A DNA stretch of 64,000 bases from an uncultured Methanomicrobiales archaeon (lineage in GTDB: Archaea; Halobacteriota; Methanomicrobia; Methanomicrobiales; Methanospirillaceae), in NCBI GenBank assembly GCA_963697895.1, contig OY969100.1, positions 1,824,001 through 1,888,000 on the forward strand, written 5' to 3'. Positions within the stretch are counted from its first letter, which is position 1, and each line of letters starts with the position of its first letter. A program made the position numbers and the translations under genes. Of the stretch, positions 44,514 to 54,708 are shown piece by piece. Below the pieces are notes generated by a model. The model searched no databases and was not told where the DNA came from. It was given only the letters and a program-made list of their open reading frames with translations.

Positions 44514-45388
44514 ACGCCGTCAGCCTCCAGTTTCAATCGTTTTGCCGCTTTTTGGGCCTGTGATTTGAGCATTTCAAGCGCATCTTTGCTGATCCCCTTG
44601 AAACGGCCCTGAGGTGCCAGGTATTCCTCCAGGGGAACCGGCTTGATCATGGCCGCCTTTGTGGGGCCGTTGATGGTGACCGCGCCATATTCGCGTTCAT
44701 AGAGCTGCCACATCCCTGACTTCACCGCGAGTTTGCCTATCTCGATCGTCATCTCCGAGGAGAACCGCCACCCCGGGGGGCAGGGGGCGAGAATATGGAT
44801 GAACTTGGGTCCCCGGATGGAGAGCGCTTTCCGGACTTTCTTGAAGAGATCCTGGGGATAGGCGCTGCATGCCGTGGCCAGGTAGGGGGGGTTGTGTGCG
44901 GCGACGATCCTGTCGATGTCCTTCTTCGCATGAATCTTCCCCCCGGGCGTCGTGGTGGTCCGTGCCCCTATAGGGGTTGCTCCGGAGCGCTGCATCCCCG
45001 TATTGCCGTACGCCTCGTTGTCATAGCAGATGTAGAGGAAATCGGTACCCCGCTCGAAGGCACCGGAAAGGGACTGGATCCCGATATCCACCGTGCCTCC
45101 GTCGCCGGCATAGACGATCACGTTGGTCTTTCTCCCTGCCGCGCTGAAGGCCTCGCTCATTCCGGATGCACACGCGGCCGCTGCGGCAAACGCCACGTTG
45201 TAAATGGGGATGTTCATCGCGGTATTGGGATAGATGCCCTGGATCACGCTGGTACAGCAGGCCGGGATCACCAGCACCGTGTCCGGCCCCGCAGCCTTGA
45301 GGACATACCGCAGGATGAGCGACGTGCTGCAGCCGGCGCATGCCGAGGTACACTTGAGGACATACTCCTCTTTTGGGATCTCCGTCAT
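44507..45388 (-). CDS. porB: Pyruvate/2-oxoacid:ferredoxin oxidoreductase beta subunit (TPP-binding)
   Basis: ACAGC, GDGGTVDIG, YDNEAYGNTG, PCPPGW. Confidence 0.9.
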   Translation of the reverse strand: MTEIPKEEYVLKCTSACAGCSTSLILRYVLKAAGPDTVLVIPACCTSVIQGIYPNTAMNIPIYNVAFAAAAACASGMSEAFSAAGRKTNVIVYAGDGGTVDIGIQSLSGAFERGTDFLYICYDNEAYGNTGMQRSGATPIGARTTTTPGGKIHAKKDIDRIVAAHNPPYLATACSAYPQDLFKKVRKALSIRGPKFIHILAPCPPGWRFSSEMTIEIGKLAVKSGMWQLYEREYGAVTINGPTKAAMIKPVPLEEYLAPQGRFKGISKDALEMLKSQAQKAAKRLKLEADGVC

Positions 45389-45549
45389 GAAATTCAGTTC
45401 ATAACTATATCTGGACCATTCATAATAAGGATATTTTATGCCCGATCGGAGGCATTCACCCAGACGATGGGGATCCAACCGCAGGCGAGTATCCAATCAT
45501 TGCAGCGGGATCAGATGGTTCGTGTACGGATGAATTATGGTATTACCCG

Positions 45550-45992
45550 GACGATTCAATGGCAAAGATCCCATCCCACAGGTTTGACAGAGTAACCGGC
45601 GAAGATTCCGGGGTCTGATCCTATTCAGCCGGTTCTACCCGGTAACGGCCGAAGATTCCGGGTCGGGATCCTGTTCAACGTTTCGACAGAGTAATGTCCG
45701 AAGATTCCGGGGTCGGGATCCTATTCAACCGTTCGACAGGGTAATGTCCGAAGACTCCGGGGTCGGGATCCTGTTCAACGGTTCGACAGGGTAATGTCTG
45801 AAGATTCCGGGGTCGGGATCCTGTTCAACTGATTCGATACGGTGTCGGCGAGGACTCGGGTCGGGATCCTGTTCAACGGTTCGATACGGTGTCGGCGAGG
45901 ACTCGGGTCGGGATCCTGTTCAACTGGTTCGATACGGTGTCGGCGATGATTCCGGTCGGATCCTATTCAACCGGTTCGAGCCGGTAACCGGC
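45550..45992. repeat. Tandem array of 47-50-bp units (9 copies); the last copy overlaps the stop and last codons of the YkgJ gene
   Basis: gatc anchors at 45567 (degenerate), 45617, 45667, 45717, 45767, 45817, 45865, 45912 and 45959. Confidence 0.9.
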
Positions 45993-46448
45993 GGCCCTCA
46001 GAACTGCTCCCATCTGAAGGAAAAAAGCCCGGTCATCCAGCTCATTCCGTTTCGGTATGCCGGTCTCCCACAGCGCCATGAGACTGGGATCCGCGGTCTC
46101 CAGGCTCCGTCTCCCCTTCACCCGGCCGACCTCTTTTCCCGCGACATCGGTGATCAGCATCGTGAAGCACCGGTAGTCCCTGCAGAACCGGGGAGCGGTA
46201 TCGTGGATGGAGCAGATGTAGTGTCCCATGTCTTCCCGGCGGAGAAATGGACACCAGGACGGATGGATATCCGGGTACGGACGGTTCGTGAATGCATCCT
46301 CGTACTCGCCCTGCACGTGGGCAAAGAATGATTCCCGGGTGATCAGGCACGTGCAATAATAGTCCCGGGAAGAAAGCCGCCTCTCCACCGTCATGTGCTG
46401 ACCGAAATTCATGCAGCATCTCCCGCATTGGGTGCAGACAAATTTCAT
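45963..46448 (-). CDS. YkgJ-family cysteine-cluster (CxxCxxCC) protein
   Basis: FVCTQCGRCC...CPFL...CSIH...P.FCRDY. Confidence 0.85.
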   Translation of the reverse strand: MKFVCTQCGRCCMNFGQHMTVERRLSSRDYYCTCLITRESFFAHVQGEYEDAFTNRPYPDIHPSWCPFLRREDMGHYICSIHDTAPRFCRDYRCFTMLITDVAGKEVGRVKGRRSLETADPSLMALWETGIPKRNELDDRAFFLQMGAVLRAAGYRLEPVE

Positions 46449-46665
46449 TTTCACCGCCTCCCCGCCATAAACAGGAGTAGGATCTGTCCGGTAGCAGATA
46501 AATCCCATTCATATACCCAAAAACCGGTGATTCTTTTCATGACAGAGTATGAATACGGTTTCGTTATTTTTTTTATTTCAAAACGAGAGCATTGACTCTC
46601 TCTGCCTGCGGACACGGGCGAACTCACGACAATCCGAATCCCGACAGGAAAAAGAGGAATGGCAA

Positions 46666-47463
46666 CTATTCCCGCTCCTGGTTCCCGAGCAGCGTGCAGA
46701 TCTGTTTCATGACCAGATGGTGCCTCCGGCACGATTCCAGGTGTGAACGAGCTCTCCTCTCGATCGGAATGGGATTCCAGGCGATCCTGCAGTCGACGTC
46801 CCAGAGGATCAGGCCCTCTGCCGGCGCCGGCGGAAGCGGTATCCGGCAGGAGCCCTCGAGAAGCTCCCGGATCAGATCTTCATCAGCCCGGCCGCTCCCG
46901 ACCAGCCCGATGGCGGACGCCATATACCGGACCATATGCCAGAGGTAACTCTCGGCAGTCACCTCAAAGAACGGGTATCCCTCCTCTTTCCCGATATGAA
47001 CGGAAAGTACGTGCCTGACAGGGTTCTTGTCGCTCGCCCGTGATACCCCGGAAAAGTCGTGCCTACCGATGAACATGCCCGCTGCACTTTCCATTGCAGG
47101 TACATCCAGCGATGAATCGCCAAAATAATACCGGTAGGTCCGTTTCCGGGCATCGTACCGGGGATGAAATCCCGGATCGACTTCGGCATATCCGGTACAC
47201 CAGAGATCCGGCGGGAGCTGCCAGTTCATCCCGGCGATCGCCCTATCCGGAACCTCTGTCGTCAGTGCACAGACCTGGCCCCGGGCGTGGACCCCCCGGT
47301 CGGTCCGCCCGGCGACCAGGAAGCCTGCATCTCTCCAGTCTGCGAAGAGCTGCAGCCGTGTACACGCCGCCACGAACTCCCCTTCGACGGTACGGTCCGC
47401 CGCCTGCATCTGTGAACCGCAGAACCGGTCGCCGAGGTAGGCGAACCGGAAAGCAAGCCTCAT
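46666..47463 (-). CDS. truA: tRNA pseudouridine(38-40) synthase
   Basis: AGRTDRGVHARGQ, RTYRY, G.HDFS, YLWHMVR. Confidence 0.95.
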   Translation of the reverse strand: MRLAFRFAYLGDRFCGSQMQAADRTVEGEFVAACTRLQLFADWRDAGFLVAGRTDRGVHARGQVCALTTEVPDRAIAGMNWQLPPDLWCTGYAEVDPGFHPRYDARKRTYRYYFGDSSLDVPAMESAAGMFIGRHDFSGVSRASDKNPVRHVLSVHIGKEEGYPFFEVTAESYLWHMVRYMASAIGLVGSGRADEDLIRELLEGSCRIPLPPAPAEGLILWDVDCRIAWNPIPIERRARSHLESCRRHHLVMKQICTLLGNQERE

Positions 47464-48128
47464 CGAAACCGCACGCGCCGCTGGAATTTTTTCCACGTGT
47501 TCCGGATCGACTGGCGGGTATAAGTACGAAGCGGGGTCATCCTTCCCCCGATTCTGGTCCTCCCGCTCCTGATTGCGGCGAGGACCGAGTCTATATCGGG
47601 GCTCGCGTCGATATAGGTCCTTCCAAACCCGACAAATCGCGCATTATGGGCATCGCTTCCTGCAACGCCAGGTTTCCCGAGATTCCGTGCAACCCTCATC
47701 GCTTTCCGGTTGGCAGAACCGACAATGTACCGGCTGTTAAAGACCTCTACCGCATCGACCGCAGAGAGTGCCTCCTGTAACCTCCGCGCAACCCCATGAC
47801 GCCACATATGATAGGGGTGGGGAAGGATGACCAGAGCCCCCATCCGGTGGGCGATCTCGATCGTTTCCAGGACATCGAGGCCCGGCATGACCGGTTCGGT
47901 GATCCCGAGCGCGATGAGATGCCCCTGTTTCGTGGAGATCTCGATCCCGGGTATGACGAGCACCCGTGACCGGCAGCCCAGGGCGTACCGGGCTCCGGCA
48001 ACGGAATCGTGATCGGTGATCGCGATGACGTCCAGTCCTGCCTTTTCTGCCCGGTCGAGGATCTCTTCCACACTGCTTTCCCCATCCCGGGAATAGGAAG
48101 TATGGACATGGAGGTCGCAGGCGAGCAT
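47460..48128 (-). CDS. PHP-domain metal-dependent phosphoesterase
   Basis: DLHVHT, AITDHD, PHP, GSDAH. Confidence 0.9.
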   Translation of the reverse strand: MLACDLHVHTSYSRDGESSVEEILDRAEKAGLDVIAITDHDSVAGARYALGCRSRVLVIPGIEISTKQGHLIALGITEPVMPGLDVLETIEIAHRMGALVILPHPYHMWRHGVARRLQEALSAVDAVEVFNSRYIVGSANRKAMRVARNLGKPGVAGSDAHNARFVGFGRTYIDASPDIDSVLAAIRSGRTRIGGRMTPLRTYTRQSIRNTWKKFQRRVRFR

Positions 48129-48419
48129 GTGATCATATCACTTTTTATTGCACCGATATTAAGGAAACTTATCAGGTTCTGCCCTCATCCGCGATCTCTT
48201 CCGGAGGGCCGGTTTTCTTCCCTCACGGAACGGGAGGGGAATCATGGGTCTCATGGGTGATCGAGGTATCACACCCGGGATGAGCGGCCCAATCCCGGGA
48301 TCGGAGAGAAGCAATCCCACCCACGGAAGACCTGCCTGTTTTTGCGTTATTCTGGCGAACAGAAATAAATGTAATTCCTGTCAGTTCCGAACGCATAATT
48401 TCTTTTAAAGAGAAGCCAC

Positions 48420-49841
48420 ATGAAACGTATGCGTATTCTGCTTCCGACCGGTGCGGTCACCTATCCGGTGGTCAGGGCAGCGGCGGAGGGGTACGATGCC
48501 GATGTCATCGTCACCGGCGAGATCGCCTCTTTTCTCACCCCTTCCCGGTTGCGGGAACTCCTCCGGGAGAAGCAATATGACCTGGTTATCGTTTCCGGCA
48601 TGTCCACGGCATCATTTACCGGTGTGGAGGAGGAGACCGGCGTCCCCGTCTACCGTGGTCCCCGGCATGCGATGGATCTGAGGCGGGTCCTCCCGCTTAT
48701 CGGCACCGTTACGCTCTCCCGCGACGTTCCCGCCGATGATTTCCTGATCGCGAGCGGTAAAACAGAAGCCCGGGAAAAGATCCGAAACACCGAAGCGGCA
48801 GCCGAATGGGAGTATTGTATCCGTGGGGTGAAGATCGGGGGCGGTTCGCGGATGAAGGTGCTCGCGGAGATCATGGATGCCCACCGGTGCCCGGACATAC
48901 GCGGCCGGGTGGAACGATTTTTTAACGATGGTGCGGACATCGTCGATCTCGGGTTCGGTTTCGACGCAACTGCAGGGGATGTCCGGGCCACTTTTCGGGA
49001 GCTACAGGGTATCGAAGGGCCGCTCGCGGTCGATACCCAGGATCCCCTGCTTATCCGCGCCGCATTGGACCGGGCTGATCTCGTCCTGAGCCTCCATGAC
49101 GGGAATATCCCGGCGGTCGGGGCAGCGGTTGCGGATGCAGGAGCGGGGGCCGTGATAATTCCTGCCGGGGCCTCCCTCGCCGAAAATATCATCCGTGCCG
49201 AAGAGGCGGGGATCACCTGTATCCTGGCCGACCCGCTCCTTCAGCCGGCAGGTTCGGGACTCACCCGCAGTATTGAAGCTTTTCCAAAGATCGGATATCC
49301 GCTCTTCTTCGGCGCGGGGAACGTGGTGGAACTGCTCGACGCGGATTCGATAGGTGCCAATGCGCTCCTCGCCGGCATGGCACACGAGATCGGGGTATCC
49401 GTTATCTTCACCAGCGAGCATTCGGATAAAACCCGGGGTTCTGTCCGGGAGATGCGAACCGCAACCGAGATGATGGCGTTGCTGGAAGGAAAACCATATC
49501 CGAAGGATATGGGGATCGATCTCCTCGTCATCAAGGAGAAGAGGCGAAGATGCGAGCCTCCTCTGAGCTATACGACCTGTGTCGCTGCGGCTCCCCTGCC
49601 GGAGGAGATCTCTTACGATCCCCGCGGCAACTTCCGGATCGGGATCGAGGGGGACTGCATCGTGGCGGTCGTCAACGGCAGGGCGGTACGGGGCCGGTCC
49701 TGGGCGGACGTATTCTCGACCATTCTTTCGAACGGGGACGTATCACTCCTCGACCACGCGGCCTATCTGGGAAAGGAACTGTACAAGGCCGAACTCGCCA
49801 TCCGGTTCGGCCGGAGCTTTGAGCAGGACGGGGATTTTTAG
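48420..49841 (+). CDS. Dihydropteroate synthase-like protein (archaeal, with C-terminal DUF4346-like domain)
   Basis: GADIVDLG, LAVDT, GNVVELLDADSIGAN, YPKD.GIDLL, HAAYLGKEL.KAE. Confidence 0.85.
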   Translation: MKRMRILLPTGAVTYPVVRAAAEGYDADVIVTGEIASFLTPSRLRELLREKQYDLVIVSGMSTASFTGVEEETGVPVYRGPRHAMDLRRVLPLIGTVTLSRDVPADDFLIASGKTEAREKIRNTEAAAEWEYCIRGVKIGGGSRMKVLAEIMDAHRCPDIRGRVERFFNDGADIVDLGFGFDATAGDVRATFRELQGIEGPLAVDTQDPLLIRAALDRADLVLSLHDGNIPAVGAAVADAGAGAVIIPAGASLAENIIRAEEAGITCILADPLLQPAGSGLTRSIEAFPKIGYPLFFGAGNVVELLDADSIGANALLAGMAHEIGVSVIFTSEHSDKTRGSVREMRTATEMMALLEGKPYPKDMGIDLLVIKEKRRRCEPPLSYTTCVAAAPLPEEISYDPRGNFRIGIEGDCIVAVVNGRAVRGRSWADVFSTILSNGDVSLLDHAAYLGKELYKAELAIRFGRSFEQDGDF

Positions 49842-49952
49842 GTCCGTGATACTCAGTGATACGGCTTTGTGCTCCGAGGCATAAGGAAAACAAAGGGAAC
49901 TTCCCGGTCATCCAATTCTTAATCACGCATCAGGCGCCATAATACACTCACG

Positions 49953-50324
49953 ATGAAGATACGGGGCCTCAAAGGGGATCTCCTTGACCTGCTGCTCGAG
50001 ATCGGGAATGCCCGCCACCCCTACGAGTTCGCCGGCCTCCTTCTCGAGTCGGACGGGGTGATCGACGAGTTGAACCTGTTGCCGGGAACGGTCAGCGGCG
50101 AGGCAAGCGCAAATCTTTTCCTCGACATGATGCCCCTCAGTACCCACGTGGCCGGAAGCGTGCACAGTCATCCGAGCGGCAACATCCGCCCGTCGGATGC
50201 AGACATCAGTTTTTTCTCCCGATCCGGCCGGTATCATATCATCGTGGGATATCCGTACACGCGGCAGAACTGGCAGGGGTACCGGGTCGATGGCATCCCG
50301 TATCCGCTTGAGGTTATACCATGA
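49953..50324 (+). CDS. JAB/MPN (JAMM) metalloprotease
   Basis: HPYEF...GSVHSHPSG..RPSDAD. Confidence 0.9.
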   Translation: MKIRGLKGDLLDLLLEIGNARHPYEFAGLLLESDGVIDELNLLPGTVSGEASANLFLDMMPLSTHVAGSVHSHPSGNIRPSDADISFFSRSGRYHIIVGYPYTRQNWQGYRVDGIPYPLEVIP

Positions 50325-50765
50325 AGCGGGTGGTTGCAACCGGCACCTTCGATCTGCTGCATCCCGGACATGTCTATTATCTGGAGGAATCCCGACGTCT
50401 CGGGGACGAGCTGCACGTCATCGTCGCCCGCGATGTCAATGTCAGGCATAAGCCCAGACCGGTCATTCCCGAGGAACAGCGGCTGAAGATCGTCAGCGCA
50501 CTGAAACCGGTCGATTTTGCGCGTCTGGGTGACCTGACCGATATGTTCCGGCCGATCGAGGAGATCCGGCCGGACGTGATTACTATCGGGTTCAACCAGC
50601 ACTTCGATGAAACCGGGCTTTCAGAGTCGCTCCGGAAACGAGGGATCGCCTCTGAAGTCGTCCGGATCGGCGCCTATAATAAGGAGCAGTACTGCAGTCT
50701 CCCGCGTGATCATACGCCAGATACTGGCCCGGTACTCCTGTGAAGGTGACGACCAAGCGCGTTAA
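50321..50765 (+). CDS. ribL: Archaeal FAD synthase (+1 frameshift near 50699)
   Basis: ATGTFDLLHPGH; corrected C-terminus CSSRVIIRQIL...* ending at 50765. Confidence 0.85.
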
Positions 50766-50774
50766 ACCATCCAC

Positions 50775-51518
50775 TCAGGGAGAAGCAGGATAAAAGGGAC
50801 ATTCGGACATCCGGCACTCCTGGTTCATCGGCGAAAATTCGCACCGGATCTCTTTCGGCAGCGGGAGGTCCAGGCCGAAATGTTCCCCGAGGAACCGTAC
50901 CGTGGCACGTATCGCGATAAACAGGTTCCGTTTGCAGCATCGCGGACCACCATGAAGTGCAATCTCATGGAGGGTCTCGGCCGTGCTGAGATTCGAGAGC
51001 TGCCACTCCTCCTTCGAGAGCGGGGTTGCACCGGTGATGATACTGATGAAGATGCCGGTTCCCACGGCCGCCCCGCAATCTCCCATGAATCCACAAAATC
51101 CTCCTTTAATCTGTTCCGCACGGGAGCGGGCAATCTTAATCTTCGCCGCCTTCTTCTCCGGTTCCCCTTTCCGGTTATAGTACGCGGCAAGAAGGACTGC
51201 AGGGACCAGGAAGTGATGTTCGGGGCCGTGCATCCGGACTTCCGGGTTATTCATCAGGGTGATTGCCATGGAGACCGGATCCGTTTCTTCCGTGTGTATG
51301 CAGAACTCTTCTATGAGATCTTCTGCAGGGAGGGCATGGCACCGATCGCAGATGAAGTGGCCCTTCCTGCACCGGGCAGATGTCGCCTGGACCTCCCCGC
51401 ATATCGCACAGGCGCAGGATTCGGGCTGATCGAGATAGACCAGTTCATCGCCGCAGATGAGGCAGCCGCTCCGGTGGCTTGTATTCATCATGCATACAAG
51501 AACCGTATCGGATTTCAT
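50775..51518 (-). CDS. DUF5714-like Cys-rich protein
   Basis: CLICG...GHFICDRCH, MHGPEHHFLVP, GGFCG..G.CGAA, GGPRCCKR. Confidence 0.75.
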   Translation of the reverse strand: MKSDTVLVCMMNTSHRSGCLICGDELVYLDQPESCACAICGEVQATSARCRKGHFICDRCHALPAEDLIEEFCIHTEETDPVSMAITLMNNPEVRMHGPEHHFLVPAVLLAAYYNRKGEPEKKAAKIKIARSRAEQIKGGFCGFMGDCGAAVGTGIFISIITGATPLSKEEWQLSNLSTAETLHEIALHGGPRCCKRNLFIAIRATVRFLGEHFGLDLPLPKEIRCEFSPMNQECRMSECPFYPASP

Positions 51519-51633
51519 CTTTTGTATGAACCCTGAAAATCATGAATGACGATATCGGGTTGTGCCGGTCCCGGGCTCACGCATTTGACCAGAGATCATA
51601 ACCATTATCTGATCCCATTCCCGAATTCAGCAT

Positions 51634-52281
51634 ATGAGCGATGCGCTGGAGAGGGAAATTGCAAAATTAACCGCTATTGCCGGGGAGAAGGGGGCGTCCG
51701 TCCGGGAGATACCCGCCCGGGACGTAATCGTTTCCCAGTGGGTCCGGTTCAAGTGCCGGTACGGGTGCAAGGGATATGGGAAGCATATGGGATGTCCCCC
51801 GTACGGGCCCAGCGTGGAAGATACCAGAAACATGGTGTCCGAATACGAGACCGGGATCCTGGTCCGATTCGACGGGATACCCGCTCATGCGGACCTCCGA
51901 CCGGACGAAATACCGGCCGATTTCCATCCCTTTTTTCGGGACCTTATCCTCTGGGTGAACGGAACGATCCACCTCCTCGAGAAGACGGCCTTTTATGACG
52001 ACTTTCACAAAGCATTCGGTTTCGGGGGGTATCCGTGCATCTACTGCGAGCATGAACACTGCGTGGCGGAAGAAGAACCGGGTATCGTCGACGAGAGCAT
52101 CCGCCGGAAATGCCGCCATATGGACCTTGTCCGGCCCACCATGGAAGGGGCCGGGATGGATGTGTTCGGCACCGCCCGGCGGGTGGGATGGGAGCTCCAT
52201 ACGGTCCCCTGCCAGGATCTGGAATACGGAAAGATCGTCCATGGAAATATTACGTCCATCGGCCTCGTCCTCCTCGAGTGA
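51634..52281 (+). CDS. DUF2284 metal-binding protein
   Basis: WVRFKCRYGC..YG..GCPPY, PCIYC, CRH..RPTMEGAGMDVF. Confidence 0.85.
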   Translation: MSDALEREIAKLTAIAGEKGASVREIPARDVIVSQWVRFKCRYGCKGYGKHMGCPPYGPSVEDTRNMVSEYETGILVRFDGIPAHADLRPDEIPADFHPFFRDLILWVNGTIHLLEKTAFYDDFHKAFGFGGYPCIYCEHEHCVAEEEPGIVDESIRRKCRHMDLVRPTMEGAGMDVFGTARRVGWELHTVPCQDLEYGKIVHGNITSIGLVLLE

Positions 52282-52546
52282 GATACCCAGGTCCCGATCC
52301 TTGCCCCTCAGGTAGAGCTGGATCCCCGAATTCTTTTCGGCAGATGGGAGATTCGGAAGAGGGCCCCCGTATCAGATCTGATTATCCGGAAGAGAACGCC
52401 GGAACTATCACCGGCGAAATACGAAAAATGTTGTCCTCCTGCATCCTGGTCGCACAAAGACCCATATATTAATATAATGCCGGGCATAATTAGCCGGTGT
52501 AGGGTTACGATGAAAAGGCCCCTATTATCGTGTTTGAGGAGATCAT

Positions 52547-52906
52547 ATGCCTGATTTTGCAACAGCATTTACCGGAATGAACAGTGACCGGAAACTCACC
52601 AACAGTGAACTGGTCAGGGCGCTCCGGCTCATGGTAGCCGATGAATATGAAGCAATCCAGGTTTATACCCAGTCAGCGGAATCGATCGACAATCCGCTCG
52701 CCGCAGAGGTTCTTCTGGATATTGCCGATGAGGAGAAGGTGCATGCCGGAGAATTCCTGCGGCTCCTGAAGGAACTGGATCCCGCAGAGTCCGGGTTTTA
52801 CGAGAAGGGTGCGGGAGAGGTGGAAGCGGTGATCTCTTCCCGGGCCGGAGGAGCGGCGGCATCTGCGGCAACGAAGGAGACGACCATCGGGTCGCTCAAA
52901 GAATAA
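52547..52906 (+). CDS. Ferritin-like encapsulin cargo protein
   Basis: EYEAI..Y...DIADEEKVHAGE di-iron motif; Ala-rich linker then TTIGSLKE targeting peptide. Confidence 0.85.
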   Translation: MPDFATAFTGMNSDRKLTNSELVRALRLMVADEYEAIQVYTQSAESIDNPLAAEVLLDIADEEKVHAGEFLRLLKELDPAESGFYEKGAGEVEAVISSRAGGAAASAATKETTIGSLKE

Positions 52907-52913
52907 TGGAGGA

Positions 52914-53708
52914 ATGATGATGGTGAACAAGTACCTCTTAAGGGAGGATGCCCCCCTCGAACCCGAGGCCTGGAGGCTCCTAGATGAGACGATGGTGGAA
53001 GCAGCAAAAACAATCCTCGCCGGCCGGCGTATACTCGAGATCGAGGGCCCCTTCGGTCTCGGGCTCAAGGCAGTGCCGCTACAGGACTGCTGCATGGATA
53101 ATGGATTGATCGCAAGCCCGGTCGTTCCGGTATCCCTTGTCCAGAAGAACTTTATGATGAGCAAACGGGATCTGGCGGCGTACGAGCGTGACCAGCTCCC
53201 CCTCAACCTGGACGGCGTCGCGATGGCGGCGATCGAAACCGCCAAGATCGAAGACAACCTGGTCTTTTTTGGGGTCTCCGGCTGCACCGGTCTCCTCTCT
53301 GAAGAGGACGCAACCGAGCTGAAGCTCTCCTCCTGGAATACCGTCGGCAAGGCGGCCGATGATATCATCAAGGGGATCACCCAGCTCGATGATGCCGGGT
53401 TCCACGGCCCCTATACCCTCGCGCTTTCCCCCGCCCGCTATAACCTCCTCCTGCGCCGTTATCCGCAGGGAACAACGGAATACGAGCATATGCAGACGAT
53501 TGTGACAAAAGGCGTGGTTAAAGCACCGATATTGCCCAAAGGCGGTGTACTACTCGCATCGGGCCGCCAGTTTACCTCGATCGTCATGGGACAGGATATG
53601 TCTGTCGGGTTTATCGGCCCGGCCGGTGCAGACCTGGAATTCTCCGTCTCGGAAAGTCTGGCCCTGATGATCCGTCAGCCAGGTTCCATATGCGCCTTGA
53701 TCGAGTGA
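52914..53708 (+). CDS. Family 1 encapsulin shell protein
   Basis: YLLREDAPL...W, GRRILEIEGPFG, EDNLVFFG, GPYTLAL, GQDMSVGF. Confidence 0.9.
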   Translation: MMMVNKYLLREDAPLEPEAWRLLDETMVEAAKTILAGRRILEIEGPFGLGLKAVPLQDCCMDNGLIASPVVPVSLVQKNFMMSKRDLAAYERDQLPLNLDGVAMAAIETAKIEDNLVFFGVSGCTGLLSEEDATELKLSSWNTVGKAADDIIKGITQLDDAGFHGPYTLALSPARYNLLLRRYPQGTTEYEHMQTIVTKGVVKAPILPKGGVLLASGRQFTSIVMGQDMSVGFIGPAGADLEFSVSESLALMIRQPGSICALIE

Positions 53709-53764
53709 ATTATCGAATATCATCTATCCGGCCGGGACACTTACCCGGTCATTTTTTTAGCCGG

Positions 53765-53945
53765 GTTGTCCAGAATGGATCAGCCCGGATATCCCCGGTC
53801 TTTTTGAACAGTTGTCCCGTAGCGTGAAGAAGATCAGCCGGATACCCCCGTTCTTTTTGAACAGGTTGTCCCGGGACATGAAGCACGCCCGGATACATCA
53901 GCCCGGATATCCCCGGTCTTTTTTACCCCGGTCTACCCGGGATAC
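53765..53945. repeat. Three degenerate ~55-65-bp intergenic repeats
   Basis: atcagcc(c)ggata.cccc(g)g.tcttttt at about 53779, 53833 and 53897, with gttgtcc blocks. Confidence 0.75.
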
Positions 53946-53962
53946 AGAACAGCGGAACAGCT

Positions 53963-54661
53963 TCATGGCCGATAGGGTTCCCGTGCCTCTTCTTTATGCA
54001 CCAAGCTTCTCGCAAAACAGGGGTCATCGGAAGCAATTCCATCCACCCCGAAGCGGGCCATCCGATGAATGTCCCCGGCCTGGTTCACGGTCCAGGCAAA
54101 GAGAAGGATCCCCTGCCGATGGGCTTCCCGGACCATGGCCCCGGTCACGAGGTCGAGGCGGGGGAGAATGAGGTCGACTCCCGCCCTGGATGCGAGATCG
54201 ACCGGGTCTGGCATCTTCCGGGAAACGATCAACCCTGTTTTCAGGGTTGAACTATCCCTCACCCGCTCGATAGCGGAAAGATGGTAGGAGACAATAAACA
54301 TATCCTCGACCCCCTTATCGCGGATACGAGCGACGATCTGGTCTTCCGTCCCGGGTTCCTTGATCTCCGCCAACAGGCCGCACCGCCCCCTGACCAGGTC
54401 GAGTACTTCCTGAAACGTCGGTATTTTCTCTCCTTTTCCCGCATCGAGCCTCTTGAGCTCGGTCAATGAGAGTGCACCGACCGGACCTGCACCGTTCGTG
54501 GTCCGGTCAACGGTAGGGTCGTGCATGACAACGAGTTCCCCATCCCTGCTCCGGCGAAGGTCGATCTCCACGAAATCCGCGCAGCGTATCCCTTCTTCCA
54601 GGGCCCGCAGGGTGTTCTCCGGTTGTTGTGCCCTCGCTCCCCGATGTCCGATGATCAGCAT
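53963..54661 (-). CDS. Glycerophosphodiester phosphodiesterase
   Basis: IGHRGA...PENT, EID, VMHD, WTVN, GVDGIASD. Confidence 0.9.
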   Translation of the reverse strand: MLIIGHRGARAQQPENTLRALEEGIRCADFVEIDLRRSRDGELVVMHDPTVDRTTNGAGPVGALSLTELKRLDAGKGEKIPTFQEVLDLVRGRCGLLAEIKEPGTEDQIVARIRDKGVEDMFIVSYHLSAIERVRDSSTLKTGLIVSRKMPDPVDLASRAGVDLILPRLDLVTGAMVREAHRQGILLFAWTVNQAGDIHRMARFGVDGIASDDPCFARSLVHKEEAREPYRP

Positions 54662-54708
54662 CCGGTGGATCTATTCCCGATCTGGATAATAGATTTGGCG
54701 GTTCATTG

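Noticed and set aside
45550-45992. Possible CRISPR array
   Set aside because: The variable parts are mutually homologous and derive from the adjacent gene end.
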